Shown: positions 1 through 13,254, counted from the first letter of the stretch. The stretch is DNA of 64,000 nucleotides from Octopus bimaculoides (GCF_001194135.2 NC_068990.1:11495973-11559972); one strand, 5' to 3'. Notes: a model not told the origin generated them from the letters alone. Numbers and translations are program-made.

Positions 1-79
1 CGATTTGTCTGACTAAAACCCATTAAGGTGGTGCCCCAGTATGGCCATAATTTCGAACATGGTGAAATATAATATGTGT

Positions 80-360
80 TACTCTTTTACCTGTTTCGAT
101 CATTTAACTGCAGCCATGCTGGAGCACCGCTTTTAGTCGAACAAATTGACCCCAGGACTTATTCTTTGTAAGCCTAGTACTTATTCTATTGGTCTCTTTT
201 GCTGAACCTCTAAGTTATGGAGACGTAAACACACCAACATCTGTTGTCAAGCGATGGTGGGGGGGGGGGCAAACACTCACACACACAGACAAACACACAC
301 ACACACACATATATATACGATGGGCTTCTTTCAGTTTCCGTCTGCCAAATCCACTCATAA
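80..360 (-). mobile_element. SINE family A (tRNA-derived, internal microsatellite), 5'-truncated copy
   Basis: Shares the blocks cagtcatttgactgcggccatgctggagcaccgc and tttcagtttccgtctaccaaatccactcacaagg with more than 10 other copies in the window. Confidence 0.85.
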
Positions 361-875
361 ATTCGCACTGTCTTCACCTTATTATTACTATTATTATTGA
401 GTGAGAGAAGTGTGCATGCCATCAAAGTGATTTTTGGGTGCAAATATACGAAGCCCAATATATCCATCACGACTAACCGTCTGATAAGGGTGAACCAGGT
501 TCATGCATCACAACCATATGTATGTAATGTGGCGATCTCATATCAAGGTAAACAGCATATGACCTTGCAGGTGGGTCCCTGAACAAGGTTTGCTTCCAGG
601 GGGTAATTATTCAAACCCCAAAGAATCCCTCTCGACACATGGCTATGATGCTCCCCCACTACTCCTGCTCGTGATCAGAGATACGTTTATTGTCAAACAC
701 TAAGGGACCTGTTCAACTGGTGAAGGTTAAGCAACTGACAAGGAAATCTGTGGTATTGAGCAGAATATTTGCTGCAGCCCATCTTCTATATCAAGACAAA
801 ATATGTACATAATAACATTTCCAATCAGTTAAGATCAGAAGCCATGACAACCAGTACCTGGTACTGCATGAGAGC

Positions 876-953
<78 letters not shown>
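876..953 (+). repeat. (ATT)n microsatellite, possibly the tail of an unclassified retroposon at about 370-875
   Basis: Directly visible; source of the poly-Ile ORF 769-984. Confidence 0.95.
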
Positions 954-1630
954 CGTTATTATTTTTATAATTATTATTATTTAGATGTACCTCTGTTGCA
1001 TTATATAATTTATGAAATAACTGTTTTAGTCAAAATGAATATAAAATTTTTATATTCTCGATAGTACAATTAGAAACAATTTAATGATAAAATTTAATGA
1101 CAGAAATAATATATATATGTATATGATATATATACATACATATATGTGTGCATATACATATGTATATATGCATTGATGGCTGTATATATACATATGTATA
1201 TATATATATATATATATATNNNNNNNNNNNNNNNNNNNNNNNNNNNNNNNNNNNNNNNNNNNNNNNNNNNNNNNNNNNNNNNNNNNNNNNNNNNNNNNNN
1301 NNNNNNNNNNNNNNNNNNNNNNNNNNNNNNNNNNNNNNNNNNNNNNNNNNNNNNNNNNNNNNNNNNNNNNNNNNNNNNNNNNNNNNNNNNNNNNNNNNNN
1401 NNNNNNNNNNNNNNNNNNNNNNNNNNNNNNNNNNNNNNNNNNNNNNNNNNNNNNNNNNNNNNNNNNNNNNNNNNNNNNNNNNNNNNNNNNNNNNNNNNNN
1501 NNNNNNNNNNNNNNNNNNNNNNNNNNNNNNNNNNNNNNNNNNNNNNNNNNNNNNNNNNNNNNNNNNNNNNNNNNNNNNNNNNNNNNNNNNNNNNNNNNNN
1601 NNNNNNNNNNNNNNNNNNNNNNNNNNNNNN

Positions 1631-1677
<47 letters not shown>

Positions 1678-2482
1678 TATACATACACACCTATAAGTTT
1701 GTATGTGTCTATATATATGCACATACCTACACATTCTTACACACACACACATATATATATATATGGTATGCATGTGCGTATAGAATTACTTACATAAACA
1801 ACTTATGATATGGTTTATATAACATTCAAATCCTACAGAAATAGTAGACGGAATCTTCAGCCATCAAGAATCCACATAGCCATAAACAAATAAAAGATAG
1901 GAGATACCAAGGCAACGAAGCAAATAAAATTACACAAATGGTAAGAGAAAAAATACCTGTAACGAAATATATGAAAAAGGAAATACATAAATTGTGATCA
2001 AACCAATTCCTGAATGTTGCCATAAACCATTACTAGTACCATAGATATTACTATATAGGAGAGAGTGAATAATATAATGTAATAGAAGAAAGGATGTGAG
2101 AGTGAGGTTTGGAGAAGAAAGTAAAATGAATGTATTGAAAAAAGATAGGCTTTACACTTTGGTCGATATTGGAAAAAATGGCAGAATGTCAAAAGAATAG
2201 ATTTCAATATCTAGTTATGGCTATGTGGTTGTGTATGTTCTGAGTTCAAATACCACTAGGTGGACTATGCCTTTCATCCTTCTGAGAACAATGAACCAGG
2301 AACAAGTTAAATGTCGGGGTTAGTATTATCAAATAGAGCACCACCTACATTTGTGACCTTGTGTTTAAGTTAGAAATTAATATTTATGAAAACGCCAAGA
2401 AGAAAATAGAACAAAAGAGTGTAAAGTGAGTGTGACACAAAAAAAGGGAAGAAGATGTGTGTCTGTGTGTTTGTGTGTGTGT

Positions 2483-2486
2483 GAGA

Positions 2487-2552
<66 letters not shown>
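2483..2552. repeat. (GA)n microsatellite
   Basis: Directly visible. Confidence 0.95.
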
Positions 2553-2562
<10 letters not shown>

Positions 2563-3944
2563 AAAGAGGGAAGAGAGGTTGAAATAGACAGGAAAAAGTA
2601 AAGAAATTTAAAAGTAGGTATAAACATGTTGCAGTGGATAAAGACCCTAGTGGAGATTTGAAGCAAAGCTCTCAGGTTTTCCCTGTCTTGAACCACAAAC
2701 TAATGTATTTCCATAATAGTAAAAGTGTTGCAATGAAAGGTTTCAATGGCTACGTGAATATCACTCAACCAGTCAGCGCTGGTTCACTTATTACGGTTGA
2801 TACACCAAACTTAAAAAAAACACAGTGAATTTTCCCACTAAGCAGATTGGCCAAAGATTCTAGAAGTTGGCTTATAGTTATAAAAGCTGGTAAATTCAGT
2901 CTCAGGCCAGAGAGCAATTATACCATCTGGAGGAATCTGTGTCACTTGTTACAGCAAGTTGGTCTATTCTCTTTCTTTCACTTTACTTATATAACATGCT
3001 TTTGTCATACACAACATAAAGCACAATCCTTAATTTATAGTGTTCAGCACATTAATTATACATAGTGATATAAATTCCATATTCTATTCTCAATACATAA
3101 TCAGATAAGTTATATCACAGAAATTTCCCAACTCTTGTTCATTGAATGTTATTTCATTAATTTACAGAATGTACATTTTTAAATATAATAATGCAGATTA
3201 ATCAAATATTTGAAAAATCAATTAAACTTTAGTACAGCCATTGTGTAAACATGCAACCTACCTCACATTGTGAACAGCATAAGGAAAATATATGACTAAC
3301 TGTCACACCAAATCCTGTTGACAAGTGATATTTATATCTCCAATGAATTAGAGTACCAAAGACAAAGTTCCAGGTGTAGAACAAAAGAGAGCAATATGGT
3401 AATGAGATAAACCATTATTGGAAAATGTTAATTAAAATAGGATTGCATGTACCAGGGGCATGATCTGTCAAAAGATGAACCTTTATTATCCCAACTGCAC
3501 CAAAACGTGACTACATCCTTATCAACAAACAAATCAAATAACAGATGTCTTACTACTTTCAACATTATTCAATACTAGCAGTAAAATTGCTTACTCTAAG
3601 TGCAAATTGTCATAGACTAGAATAGAGAAAAAGAAACATTGCACATCGTAATAATCCAAAAACGATATAGTTTTGGGTTGCTATCAGGAAGGAAATTTTG
3701 AGTTAGCTTGAAGAAATTAAGGAAAATAATGATTCACTTGTCCAGAAAATAAAAACCTGCACATGAAAAGGAGAAAGGTAAATAAACAGGGACTGAATGG
3801 AAGAAGCACAGAGGAAAGAAGAATATTAGAGAGATGGAAGACTATGAAGAGGAAAGCCAAAATCCAACTTGAGTTTTCCATTCTCTGTAAAGTAAAAAAG
3901 ACATTTGGAGACAGATAAATATTGATTTCAAGTTTTGACACAAG

Positions 3945-4140
3945 GCCAGCAATTTTGTTGGAGGGGGCAAGTAGATTACATCATCCCCAGTATTCTACTG
4001 GTTCTTATTTTACTGACCCTGAAAGGATGGGAAGCAAAGGTGCCCTTGGTAGAATTTGAACTCACAACATGAAGAGGAATAAAATGTTGCTAAGCATTTT
4101 GTCTGGCATGCTAACATTTCTGCCAGCTCACTGCTTTGAC
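3945..4140 (-). mobile_element. SINE family B, degenerate
   Basis: ccctgaaaggatg...gaatttgaactca...ctaagcattttgtctggcatgctaacatttctgccagctc matches other B copies. Confidence 0.7.
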
Positions 4141-4187
4141 TTGGATGAATGCTAATTAAAAAACCTGCTGTAAAGATATGCAGGAGA

Positions 4188-4270
4188 GTGACAGCACTAT
4201 ACTAATTGGCTGTGACAGCACTATATTCATTAGTTGTGACAGCACTATATTAATTGATTGTGACAGCACT
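4188..4270 (+). repeat. Minisatellite, about 24-bp unit containing gtgacagcacta, 4 copies
   Basis: gtgacagcact recurs four times at about 24-bp spacing. Confidence 0.9.
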
Positions 4271-5348
4271 CAAAAATGAAGACAGGAGTACAGTGACAGA
4301 CAAAATGAAGTTGGAAGGGATGCATGTAAAATGAATGTTTTAAAATCATCTGTAAGGATCAATTCTACACCATTCCAAGTCTTAGAAGTGCCACCTTTTT
4401 TTATCATTGAAATAGAAAATGTTTTAAATATCTTTATCAACATAGATAAATTCTCAGGAAAGTTGTTATAACAATAGCTATGTCGATGTATAGTGAGTAA
4501 AAATGGTGGAAAATATTCATTCTGCATTTCCATTAAAATTTGCAAGGGTCAAGAATCTTCATGGAAAGAGTTGAATTTTATCTTGCTTTTAATAAGGAGA
4601 ACAACAGGGAAGATATAAAAAACTTTCACACTATGTACCTATTGTCTCACTACTAGAAATTGTTTACAACTATCATAGCAACCAGACTATCAAAACATCT
4701 CAAGAAACAGCTGTGAGAGAAGGAAAGTTTTGGGGAGACCTAGAGCAAGAAAAAACACATATTGATTCAAACACACCTTATAGAATAAATGAAAGAATAT
4801 AAGCTGCTTCTTTGTGCTGCATTCACTGATATGTATATAACAAATAAGTAGCAAGGAGGTCAAGGTATTAACACATTACAGCCGTTTCAGGCAGCTCCAT
4901 TTAATCAAACAATGCAAGCATTACATCAATTTGAAATACACCACCATCTTCAGATGCATAATATAGGTTTGCAACATACAGGATATTCCATTATAATTTT
5001 TAGCAAATATTTCATCAGAACTAGAGAATGAAAGAATTACATGCTGCTAGGATTGTAGCAGAAGAGAATGACAATGGGAGTTATGAGATTCGAGGTGTGT
5101 GGATAATACAGAGCTGACTTAGTGCCTCAGCTTAAGTACCAAGTTCAATTTGAAACAGATTGATTTGGTTCTGTACTACTTCAAGTTTTGCAAGCCCAGG
5201 CTCCCATTAAGGGTCTGTGAAACTTGAAGTAGCACAGAATGAAATCAAGATATTTTAAATAATATCTGTAACTCCTACTAAATTTGTTGAGTGCCCATTT
5301 CTTTTGCTTGTCCTCTTACTTGTGTACACACACACACACACACACATG

Positions 5349-5720
5349 AGTAGCAGTGCAAAGTAGTAAAGAGAAACAAGCAAACTTTAGGTTAGTTCAA
5401 ATATGTTTGTGACATATTTGAACTTCTAAAAGCAATTTCACTGCAGTATATCATGGAGGGAAAAAAATACTTACTTATGATAAAAGGTGAAAATATACTA
5501 CTGTCAGCTCCATAGCACCCTCTCTAAACCCCTAGGTACATTTCTGGTTCATTATACCTTCCGCAGCAGGGGATATCAAACAGGGATATCCTTGAGCTGA
5601 GAGAAAGCTGTACCACCATGGTAAACTGCAGTAAAACTGCTTTTAGAAGCTAAAACATGTCACAAACATATTTGATCTGACTCAGAGTTTGTTTATTTTG
5701 CATCACTGCTTCATGCTACT
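5349..5720. mobile_element. Fold-back/MITE-like element with about 110-bp imperfect terminal inverted repeats
   Basis: caaatatgtttgtgacatatttgaacttctaaaagcaatttcactgcagt (left) versus actgcagtaaaactgcttttagaagctaaaacatgtcacaaacatatttg (right). Confidence 0.65.
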
Positions 5721-6039
5721 ACTTAAGAATTTGTTCAAACTGGGAAGACTACAAGTGAAAATCAGTCACTAGTGTTAACTGATTTGCTATAAAGCTACAG
5801 TTTTCTCTCAGCTGAGGATTACTTCTCATTGGTGTCTCCTACTGAGGTCACCATAGCAAGCAAGAAATATGTTCAGGGATTGAGAGAGAGCACACAACTG
5901 AGCTGATAATGGTGTATTAATACCTTTTGCTATAAACAAGAATTATTTTCTCCTGATAAACTGCTGTGAAATTGCCTTTAGAAGTTAAAATATGCCGCAA
6001 ACATTTTTTAACTAACCTGTAGTTCATCTATATATATAT

Positions 6040-6070
<31 letters not shown>

Positions 6071-6117
6071 GGCAGTCTTGATATTATTCACATACACAAA
6101 TATATATATGTATGTAT

Positions 6118-6186
<69 letters not shown>

Positions 6187-6363
6187 CGATAGATAGACAG
6201 ACATACAGACAGATAGATAGACAAATATACACAGGCGTGTATGATTGTGTATAGAAGAATATATTACTCAAAGAAATACCAACTTTGTCTGATTTTCACA
6301 TTTTATTTACAATCTTATAATAATATAATATAATATAATATAATATAATGAAATGATAGAATC

Positions 6364-6581
6364 TTACTCTTTTACTCTTTTACTTGATTCAGTCATTTGA
6401 CTGTGGCCATGCTGGAGCACTGCCTTTAGTCGAACAAATCTACCCCAGGACTTATTCTTTGTAAGCCTAGTACTTATTTCATCGGTCTCTTTTGTTGAAC
6501 CACTAAGTTACAGGGACGTAAACACACCAGCATCAGTTGTCAAGCAATGTTGGCGAGACACACAAACATATACGCACACAT

Positions 6582-6612
<31 letters not shown>

Positions 6613-6780
6613 CATATATACGACGGCCTTCTTTCAGTTTCCATCTACCAAATCCATTCACAAGGCTTTGGTCGGCCCGAGGCTATAATAGAACACACTT
6701 GCCCAAGGTGCTGTGCAGTAGGACTGAACCCGGAACCATGTGGTTGGTAAGCAAGCTACTTACCACACAGCCATTCCTAC
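6364..6780 (-). mobile_element. SINE family A, full-length copy
   Basis: Minus-strand head has A-box-like TGGCTGTGTGG and B-box-like GGTTCAGTCC; central CA/TA microsatellite; (actctttt)n tail. Confidence 0.9.
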
Positions 6781-7098
6781 ACCTATTAAATGTCTGTTCT
6801 GATTGAACTAGTACTTTCATATATTTTAAAATATGCAATCTTCAGGTTCATGTAGTAGTAGTGATGGTTATGGTTTACATAACACAGTTGTAAATTGTAA
6901 AATATAACTGTCACCACTACTACATGAACGTGAAGATTGCATAGTTTAATGCATGAAAGCACTAGTTTAATCAGAATGGACATTTAATATTCTATCATTT
7001 CATTATATTATATTATCTTATATTTTATTATTATAAGATTGTAAATAAAATGTGAACATCAAAGTTGGAATTTCTTTGAGTTACATATATATATATAT

Positions 7099-7520
7099 AG
7101 TGGAGGGAACCTGTAGAAGAGGTTCATCCCAGCAATGTGAGGGATACAGTGGTGAAGTATTATCTTCAGATGTTGAGTTGCATAGAGATGATGACAAGTG
7201 ACTGAGACTTTTGGGGATTTGCTATGCCTGGAAAGATATGTCAAGGTGAGTGAAATAATAATCGAGATATGTCAGAGTAAGTGCCAGTGACACATAGAAG
7301 GTAGCTTTGCTGGGGACACAAAAGGCACATGTGCTGGTGACATAAAAGGCACCCTGTACACTTTGTGGAGTGGTTGGCATCAGGAAGAGCATCCAGTCAT
7401 AGAAATCAAGCCAAACAGACTGGAACCTGATGTAGCTCTCCGGCTTACAAGTTCCAGTCAAACCATCTAACCCATGCCAGCATAGAAAATGGACGTTAAG
7501 TCATGATGAAGATGATGATG
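7099..7520 (+). mobile_element. RTE-clade LINE 3' fragment, degenerate
   Basis: Begins with VEGTCRRG codons matching the copy at 7885; ends with the gagtggttggcatcaggaagagcatccag...aacccatgccagcat tail and (GAT)n. Confidence 0.7.
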
Positions 7521-7521
7521 T

Positions 7522-7745
7522 ATATGAGGTGATGCTGAAAAATTCCTGGCTTTAAGGGTATCAAGAAAAGTCTGGCTCGAGGCTCAAACTTCCAAGTTCT
7601 TTTATAGGGCTGAGAAAAACTGAAGGACTGCTGCAATACGTGTGTGAATCTAAGAGGGAAATATGTTGAATAAAATCATAATTAACTGATCCTCTTGTAT
7701 ATTCTTTTAACCAAGGCCAGTAACTTTTCAGCACTCACCTGTGTA
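7522..7745 (+). mobile_element. Mariner-derived MITE (about 220 bp), copy 1
   Basis: TIR-like tgaggtgatgctgaaaaattcctggctt / aggccagtaacttttcagcactcacc; same body as copies at 12922, 24605 and 47925. Confidence 0.8.
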
Positions 7746-7765
7746 CATATATCTATATGTATGTA

Positions 7766-8483
7766 GGAGAAAAGTTGGACATAAGAAGCATCAGATGTGG
7801 TGTGCAAGAGAGACGACTGTGCTGGTATGGTCATGTGTTGTGTATGGATGAGGACAGCTGTGCAAAGAAGTGTCACACACTAACAGTGGAGGGAACCTGT
7901 GGAAGAGGTAGATCCAGGAAGATATGGGATGAAGTGGTGAAGCACGACCTTCAAACGTTGAGTCTCACTGGGGCAATAACAAGCAACTGAGACTTTTGGA
8001 TATATGCTGTGCTTGAGAAGACCCGGCAAGCCAAGTGAGATCATAGTCATAGCTGATACGAGTGTCACATAACTGGCCCGTTTAAAAGCACCCTTCAATC
8101 ATCAGGCAATATGCTACACTTAAGAAAACCTGTTGAACCAAGTGAAATCATAGTCGTGACCAATGCCAGTGCCACCTGACATGTAAAATGCATGTAAAAA
8201 GCACCATTAGAGCGTGGCCGATGCCAGTGCCACTTGACTGGCACCCATACTGGTGGCACATAAAAAGTACCATTTGAGTGTGGCTGATGCCAGTACTGCC
8301 TGACTGGTTTCCATGCCGGTGGCATGGAGTGATTGGCATTAGGAAGGGCATCCAGCTGTAGAAACATTGCCAAATCAGATTGGAGCTTGGTGCAGCTTCC
8401 CAGCTTGCCTGTCTTCAATCAAACCATCCAACCCATGCCAGCATGGAAAGCAGACATTAAGCCACAACGATGATGATGATGAT
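7766..8483 (+). mobile_element. RTE-clade LINE 3' end: RT C-terminal fragment plus 3' UTR ending in (GAT)n
   Basis: Translation RRLCWYGHVLCMDEDSCAKKCHTLTVEGTCGRGRSRKIWDEVVKHDL fits the RTE consensus RLxWxGHVxRM...GxRxRGRPRKxW..xVxxDL; tail ggcattaggaagggcatccagctgtagaaa. Confidence 0.85.
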
Positions 8484-9142
8484 TATGAAGATGTGATCTT
8501 GAGAGAAATTCAGCTGCTATTTCTATTTTCTGTCAAATCTAACTACCACGTTGAGGTTTCTGTAGCTGGTTCAGACAACATAGGTAGAGTTTAGTGAAAA
8601 TGCTTGAATGGTAGCAAGTGGTTGAGTGGTTAAAAAAAATATTTAGCAATGTCTAGACATGTTAAGCAATGGAATTTAGATTAAAAATATATGTCAGAAG
8701 CAATTTTTTTTAATTTAAAATTTTGCCTGATTCTTTATATTTCAATATATATATTATGTGACCTTGTTTAGGTCCTCAGCTGGATACATTAAAATTTTTG
8801 CAGACGTATTGTGCAGAGGAAAAGAAGATGAAACAAATAAAGTTTACATATATATATATATATATANNNNNNNNNNNNNNNNNNNNNNNNNNNNNNNNNN
8901 NNNNNNNNNNNNNNNNNNNNNNNNNNNNNNNNNNNNNNNNNNNNNNNNNNNNNNNNNNNNNNNNNNNNNNNNNNNNNNNNNNNNNNNNNNNNNNNNNNNN
9001 NNNNNNNNNNNNNNNNNNNNNNNNNNNNNNNNNNNNNNNNNNNNNNNNNNNNNNNNNNNNNNNNNNNNNNNNNNNNNNNNNNNNNNNNNNNNNNNNNNNN
9101 NNNNNNNNNNNNNNNNNNNNNNNNNNNNNNNNNNNNNNNNNN

Positions 9143-9189
<47 letters not shown>

Positions 9190-9740
9190 TATATATATAC
9201 GTGTATATATGTACATATAGATGTACATGTATATATATGCATATTTACATATATATATTCACATATATATACCTGTGTATTTGTGTGCAAACACACACAC
9301 ACAACCACACAAATATATATTTGTATACCTGCATACATATGCACACACACACACATAAAGACACACACAAATATAATACAGTCGTTCAGACATGCATACA
9401 GACACACTCAGAAATATGTATATGCACATGCATGTCTTCATTTTATCGAATAAGATGTTTAAAAATACAGCAGATTTCTATTTGAATACAAGAAGAAGCT
9501 ACGAACAATGGAAAATTTTGTTTTGAATAAATCATATTTTTTTCTCATATTCAATATTTGTTCGTTTTATAAAAAATATATTTCTTCCACGTAATAGAAG
9601 CATTGTTCAATGGATTTTTTTCTGTTAGTCATATGCATGTGTTTTTGTATCTATACACATATGTAAATATATAAGTATATATATTTACAATAAATATAAA
9701 TAAATGTGTGTGTGTGTTTACAAATATAACCATAAGTGTA

Positions 9741-9817
<77 letters not shown>

Positions 9818-10699
9818 GCATATATGTATTTATATACACATATACGTACATCACATTGTTAACATGTGGTTCGATGTTGTTTTTCATATAAAACATAAAA
9901 TGCGCACTACACACTTAAAAATTGTCTTGTAACACTGAAAAAAGTCAGTACTATTTCTTTTTATCAGCTTAAGATAAAACTTTAAAGCTTGGCTATACCA
10001 AGATATGAGATGTTTAAAACACTGTCAAAGAGATAACATCACATCACTCTCCAAATGAAGAATTGTTCCTACTGGTAGTGCATGGAAAGGGCCACACCAG
10101 ACTATAATAGTTAAAAATAGTTTAATTTATGTTTAGCTGAGAAATATTACATCATAATTCACTCTGTACCAATAATGGACAGAAAATACTCTTAATTTCT
10201 ATTTGTACATAAAGTACAAAGCTTTGGAGGTAAACAGAATTGATTATGTAAGAAATTACATCACAACCTGCTCCCATTTATTTTACTGGGAGAAATATCA
10301 CAATGTTTGGGGTTGCTCTGTTATTATTCCAGGATGGAAGTGCAAAACCATGTCTTAAAATCAGCTACAGTTTGTACATGTATCTGTGTGTGTGCGTATA
10401 TGTACGTGTGTGTGTACTACAAACACAAATACACATACGTATATATGGATGTATATGTATATTGTAGGTGCTTGTGAAATTATGTCAGTCAAACAAAGGT
10501 TAGAACAGAAACCACAGGCGTTGGAGATTGGTAAAATGCTGTGCACATCAATGGATTTAAAAGTAATACTCTCTAGAGTGAGAGTAAGTGCAGATCTTTG
10601 TGAAACATTTTCTTCTGTTGCTGTGACGAATGATTGTTTGAAATTTCCAACAAAATCTTTGGGTAGTTTTTGCAATTAGAACTTAATTTAATCTTGATA

Positions 10700-10900
10700 T
10701 GAGATGATGGAAGATGTAAGCTTTCAATTGACACTGTGGTCAGATGCTTAGATCTTTTCTTATATAACTGTGCCTTATATAACTTGCTCATATCATGCTG
10801 CTGTTTTCTCATTTGTCACTTGACTTCCAGATATACTTTGAAAGTGCTGTAGTATTTTCCAGTGTTAATGTCAAACATTCCACTCAAAATACTTGCCCAA
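10700..10900 (-). pseudogene. Possible Penelope-like GIY-YIG endonuclease relic
   Basis: Minus-strand ENTTALSKYIWK resembles the TxLSKYIWxLK motif at 31290; next frame KAQLYKKRSKH...IESLHL loosely fits the downstream consensus; frameshifted. Confidence 0.35.
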
Positions 10901-11124
10901 GACGTTTACAAAAATTGTTTGCTCTATGTGTGGCAAGGGAGGTCTGAACTTTAAAATTATGTGATTTTAACGTAAACCTAACCATATAGCCATGCCCCCT
11001 ACATACCAGCTCTGATTTTGATACAAACAATGTTAATAGTTATATATTTGTAAACAATATACGATTAAAACAATAAAGATAGAAAACTTTTGAGAATTAA
11101 GCCTGAACTTCTTTTTTTTTTCTT

Positions 11125-11305
11125 TTTGCTGGGGACATAGTTGATTACATTAACCCCAGTGCTTGACAGATACTTATTTTATTGACTACGAAAAAATGAA
11201 AGGCAAATTCAATTTTAGTAGAGTTTGAACTCAGAACATATAGGTAAACAAAATGCCACAAAGATTTTGTTCTGAGTTCAAATGATTCTGCCAGCTTGCT
11301 GCCTT
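11125..11305 (-). mobile_element. SINE family B, degenerate
   Basis: tttgaactcagaacat and ctgccagcttgctgcctta blocks. Confidence 0.65.
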
Positions 11306-11353
11306 ATACTCTCAATATAAGGAAATGACAATACATGCAGCACACACACACAC

Positions 11354-11384
<31 letters not shown>

Positions 11385-11924
11385 TGCACACACATGCACA
11401 CACACGTGTATCGACACTCGTGCACACACACGTATGTTATATAGCTTTATATACACACACAAAAGCAGAAAACAAGAGCATACACACACTTGCAAATCAA
11501 CATACTCACACATGAACACTCAGTATACACACACATAACAGCTTCATACACATATGTTTGTATACACACGCATGTCAGATACCCTCATACATACAAACTG
11601 AGAAAACAAGAACGCAAACATACACACATATACACACACACACAAATGCACACAGTAATAGCTTCAAACACGTGCATGAGCTTGCACTCACACACGTCAG
11701 ATAGCTTCATACACACAAGCACGTATATGAGCTCACACACATATATACCAGGTCTACAGTTGTCTCTCTTGCCACTTAAACCTCAAGTCTCCCTTCACAG
11801 TTGGCCCCTTGCCACTCACACTTCTAACAACCTCTTCCTTCTCCCAGTCATTTCAATGTATCCTAACCATCTAATTGAAACATGTTTGTTCTTTTCTCTC
11901 ACCATTTTCTCTCCTCTTATCTAT

Positions 11925-11962
11925 TCTTTCTGCAGAAGAGCACATACTTGAAATGCAAAAGA
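11925..11962 (+). ncRNA. Minimal hammerhead-like motif (family H-B) in a Penelope-type terminal repeat, decayed
   Basis: UCUUU-CUGCAGA-A-GAGC-ACAU-ACUU-GAAAU-GCA-AAAGA; perfect stem I UCUUU/AAAGA. Confidence 0.5.
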
Positions 11963-12061
11963 CTTTCCCTTTTAGTTTTCTTGGATGTAAATCTAATACA
12001 CTCCATGTTTGTTTTTGTATTTTGAAAGCTTATTCTTTTCTACCTTTTTATCTTTTTCTAC

Positions 12062-12484
12062 TCTAGGCACAAGGCGCAAAATTTTGGGGGAGGGGGTGGC
12101 CAGTTGATTAGATGGAGACCAGTACACATCTGGTACTTAATTTATCAACCCCGAACGGATGAAAGCAAAGTCGACCTTGGCAGAATTTGAACTTAAAACG
12201 TAAAGACAAACAAAATACTCCTAAGTATTTCGCCCAGCATGCTAACGTTCGTTGTTTCTTATTGCCCATAAGGGGCTAAACACAGAGGTGACAAACAAGG
12301 ACAGACAAAGGGATTAAATCGATTACATCGACACCAGTGTGTAACTGGTACTTAATTTATCGACCCTGAAAGGATGAAAGGCAAAGTCGACTTTTGCCGA
12401 ATTTGAACTCAGAACGTAACGGCAGATGAAATACCGCTAAGCATTTTGCCTGGCGTGCTAACGTTTCTGCCAGTTTGACGCCTT
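12062..12484 (-). mobile_element. Two tandem SINE family B copies
   Basis: Two successive gaaaggatgaaaggcaaagtcgac...gaatttgaactcagaacgt blocks; B-box-like GAGTTCAAATTC on the minus strand. Confidence 0.9.
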
Positions 12485-12921
12485 TTGAAAGCATATTGGC
12501 ATTAATCATATTTACATTTTCAATAAACAATGTATCCAACAGCAGTTTGATGAGAAAATAAATGGTATATAGTTTCTTCATTGAAAACAACTATCTGTAA
12601 GTAGTAGAAAGGATCACTAACCACATACACTGCAAAAAGTCTCATTCAACCCATGCCTGCAAAGAAAGAGTGAACGTAATAATAAAAATAATTACAGTGG
12701 TGCTTAAAGCCAATGTTGCTTTCCATCATTTCATAGAATTTCTCACTGTTTAATCTTGCTGTTGACATAAAGATAATAAAAGATGATCAAACAGAACATG
12801 AATCACTGCGTTGCACCAGAATGAATAATTAGATTTAAATGAATAAATTAACTTTGCTACATATACTAAGTATTCTTCTTCATGCTTGTGCTGTCAAATG
12901 TACAAATGAGAGAATAATCAA

Positions 12922-13141
12922 ATGAGGGTGTGCTTAAAATTTCCTAGCTTTAAGGGTATCACAAAAGGCTTCAGTGGAGGCCTAAATTTCAAAGTTCTTT
13001 TGCAGGACTTAGAAAAGCTGAAGAACCACTGCAATAATTGTGTGAAACTGAGAGAGGAATATGATAAATAAAATCATATTTTAATGATCCTCCTGTATTT
13101 TCTTTTACCCTAAGCCAAGAACTTTTCAGCACCCCCTCATA
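12922..13141 (+). mobile_element. Mariner-derived MITE, copy 2
   Basis: atgagggtgtgcttaaaatttcctagctt...aagccaagaacttttcagcaccccctcata; internal LQDLEKLKNHCNNCVKLREEYDK*. Confidence 0.8.
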
Positions 13142-13178
13142 TACACACACGCACGCGCGCGCACACACACACACACAC

Positions 13179-13213
<35 letters not shown>

Positions 13214-13254
13214 TGTATGTATGTACGTTTGTATGTATGTGTACATCTATATAT

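Noticed and set aside
1050-1808. Long ORFs spanning N gaps (also 8758-9407, 19957-20842, 30562-31068, 45198-45950, 60556-61854)
   Set aside because: Open only because N codons cannot be stops; flanks are dinucleotide repeats.
1825-1865. Minus-strand CUGAAGA...GGA-UUUGAAUGUU hammerhead-like string
   Set aside because: GAAA is disrupted and stems are weak; indistinguishable from chance.
4846-5030. Gln/His-rich open frame of about 59 codons (QPFQAAPFNQTMQALHQF)
   Set aside because: No good acceptor, no recognisable domain, length within chance expectation.
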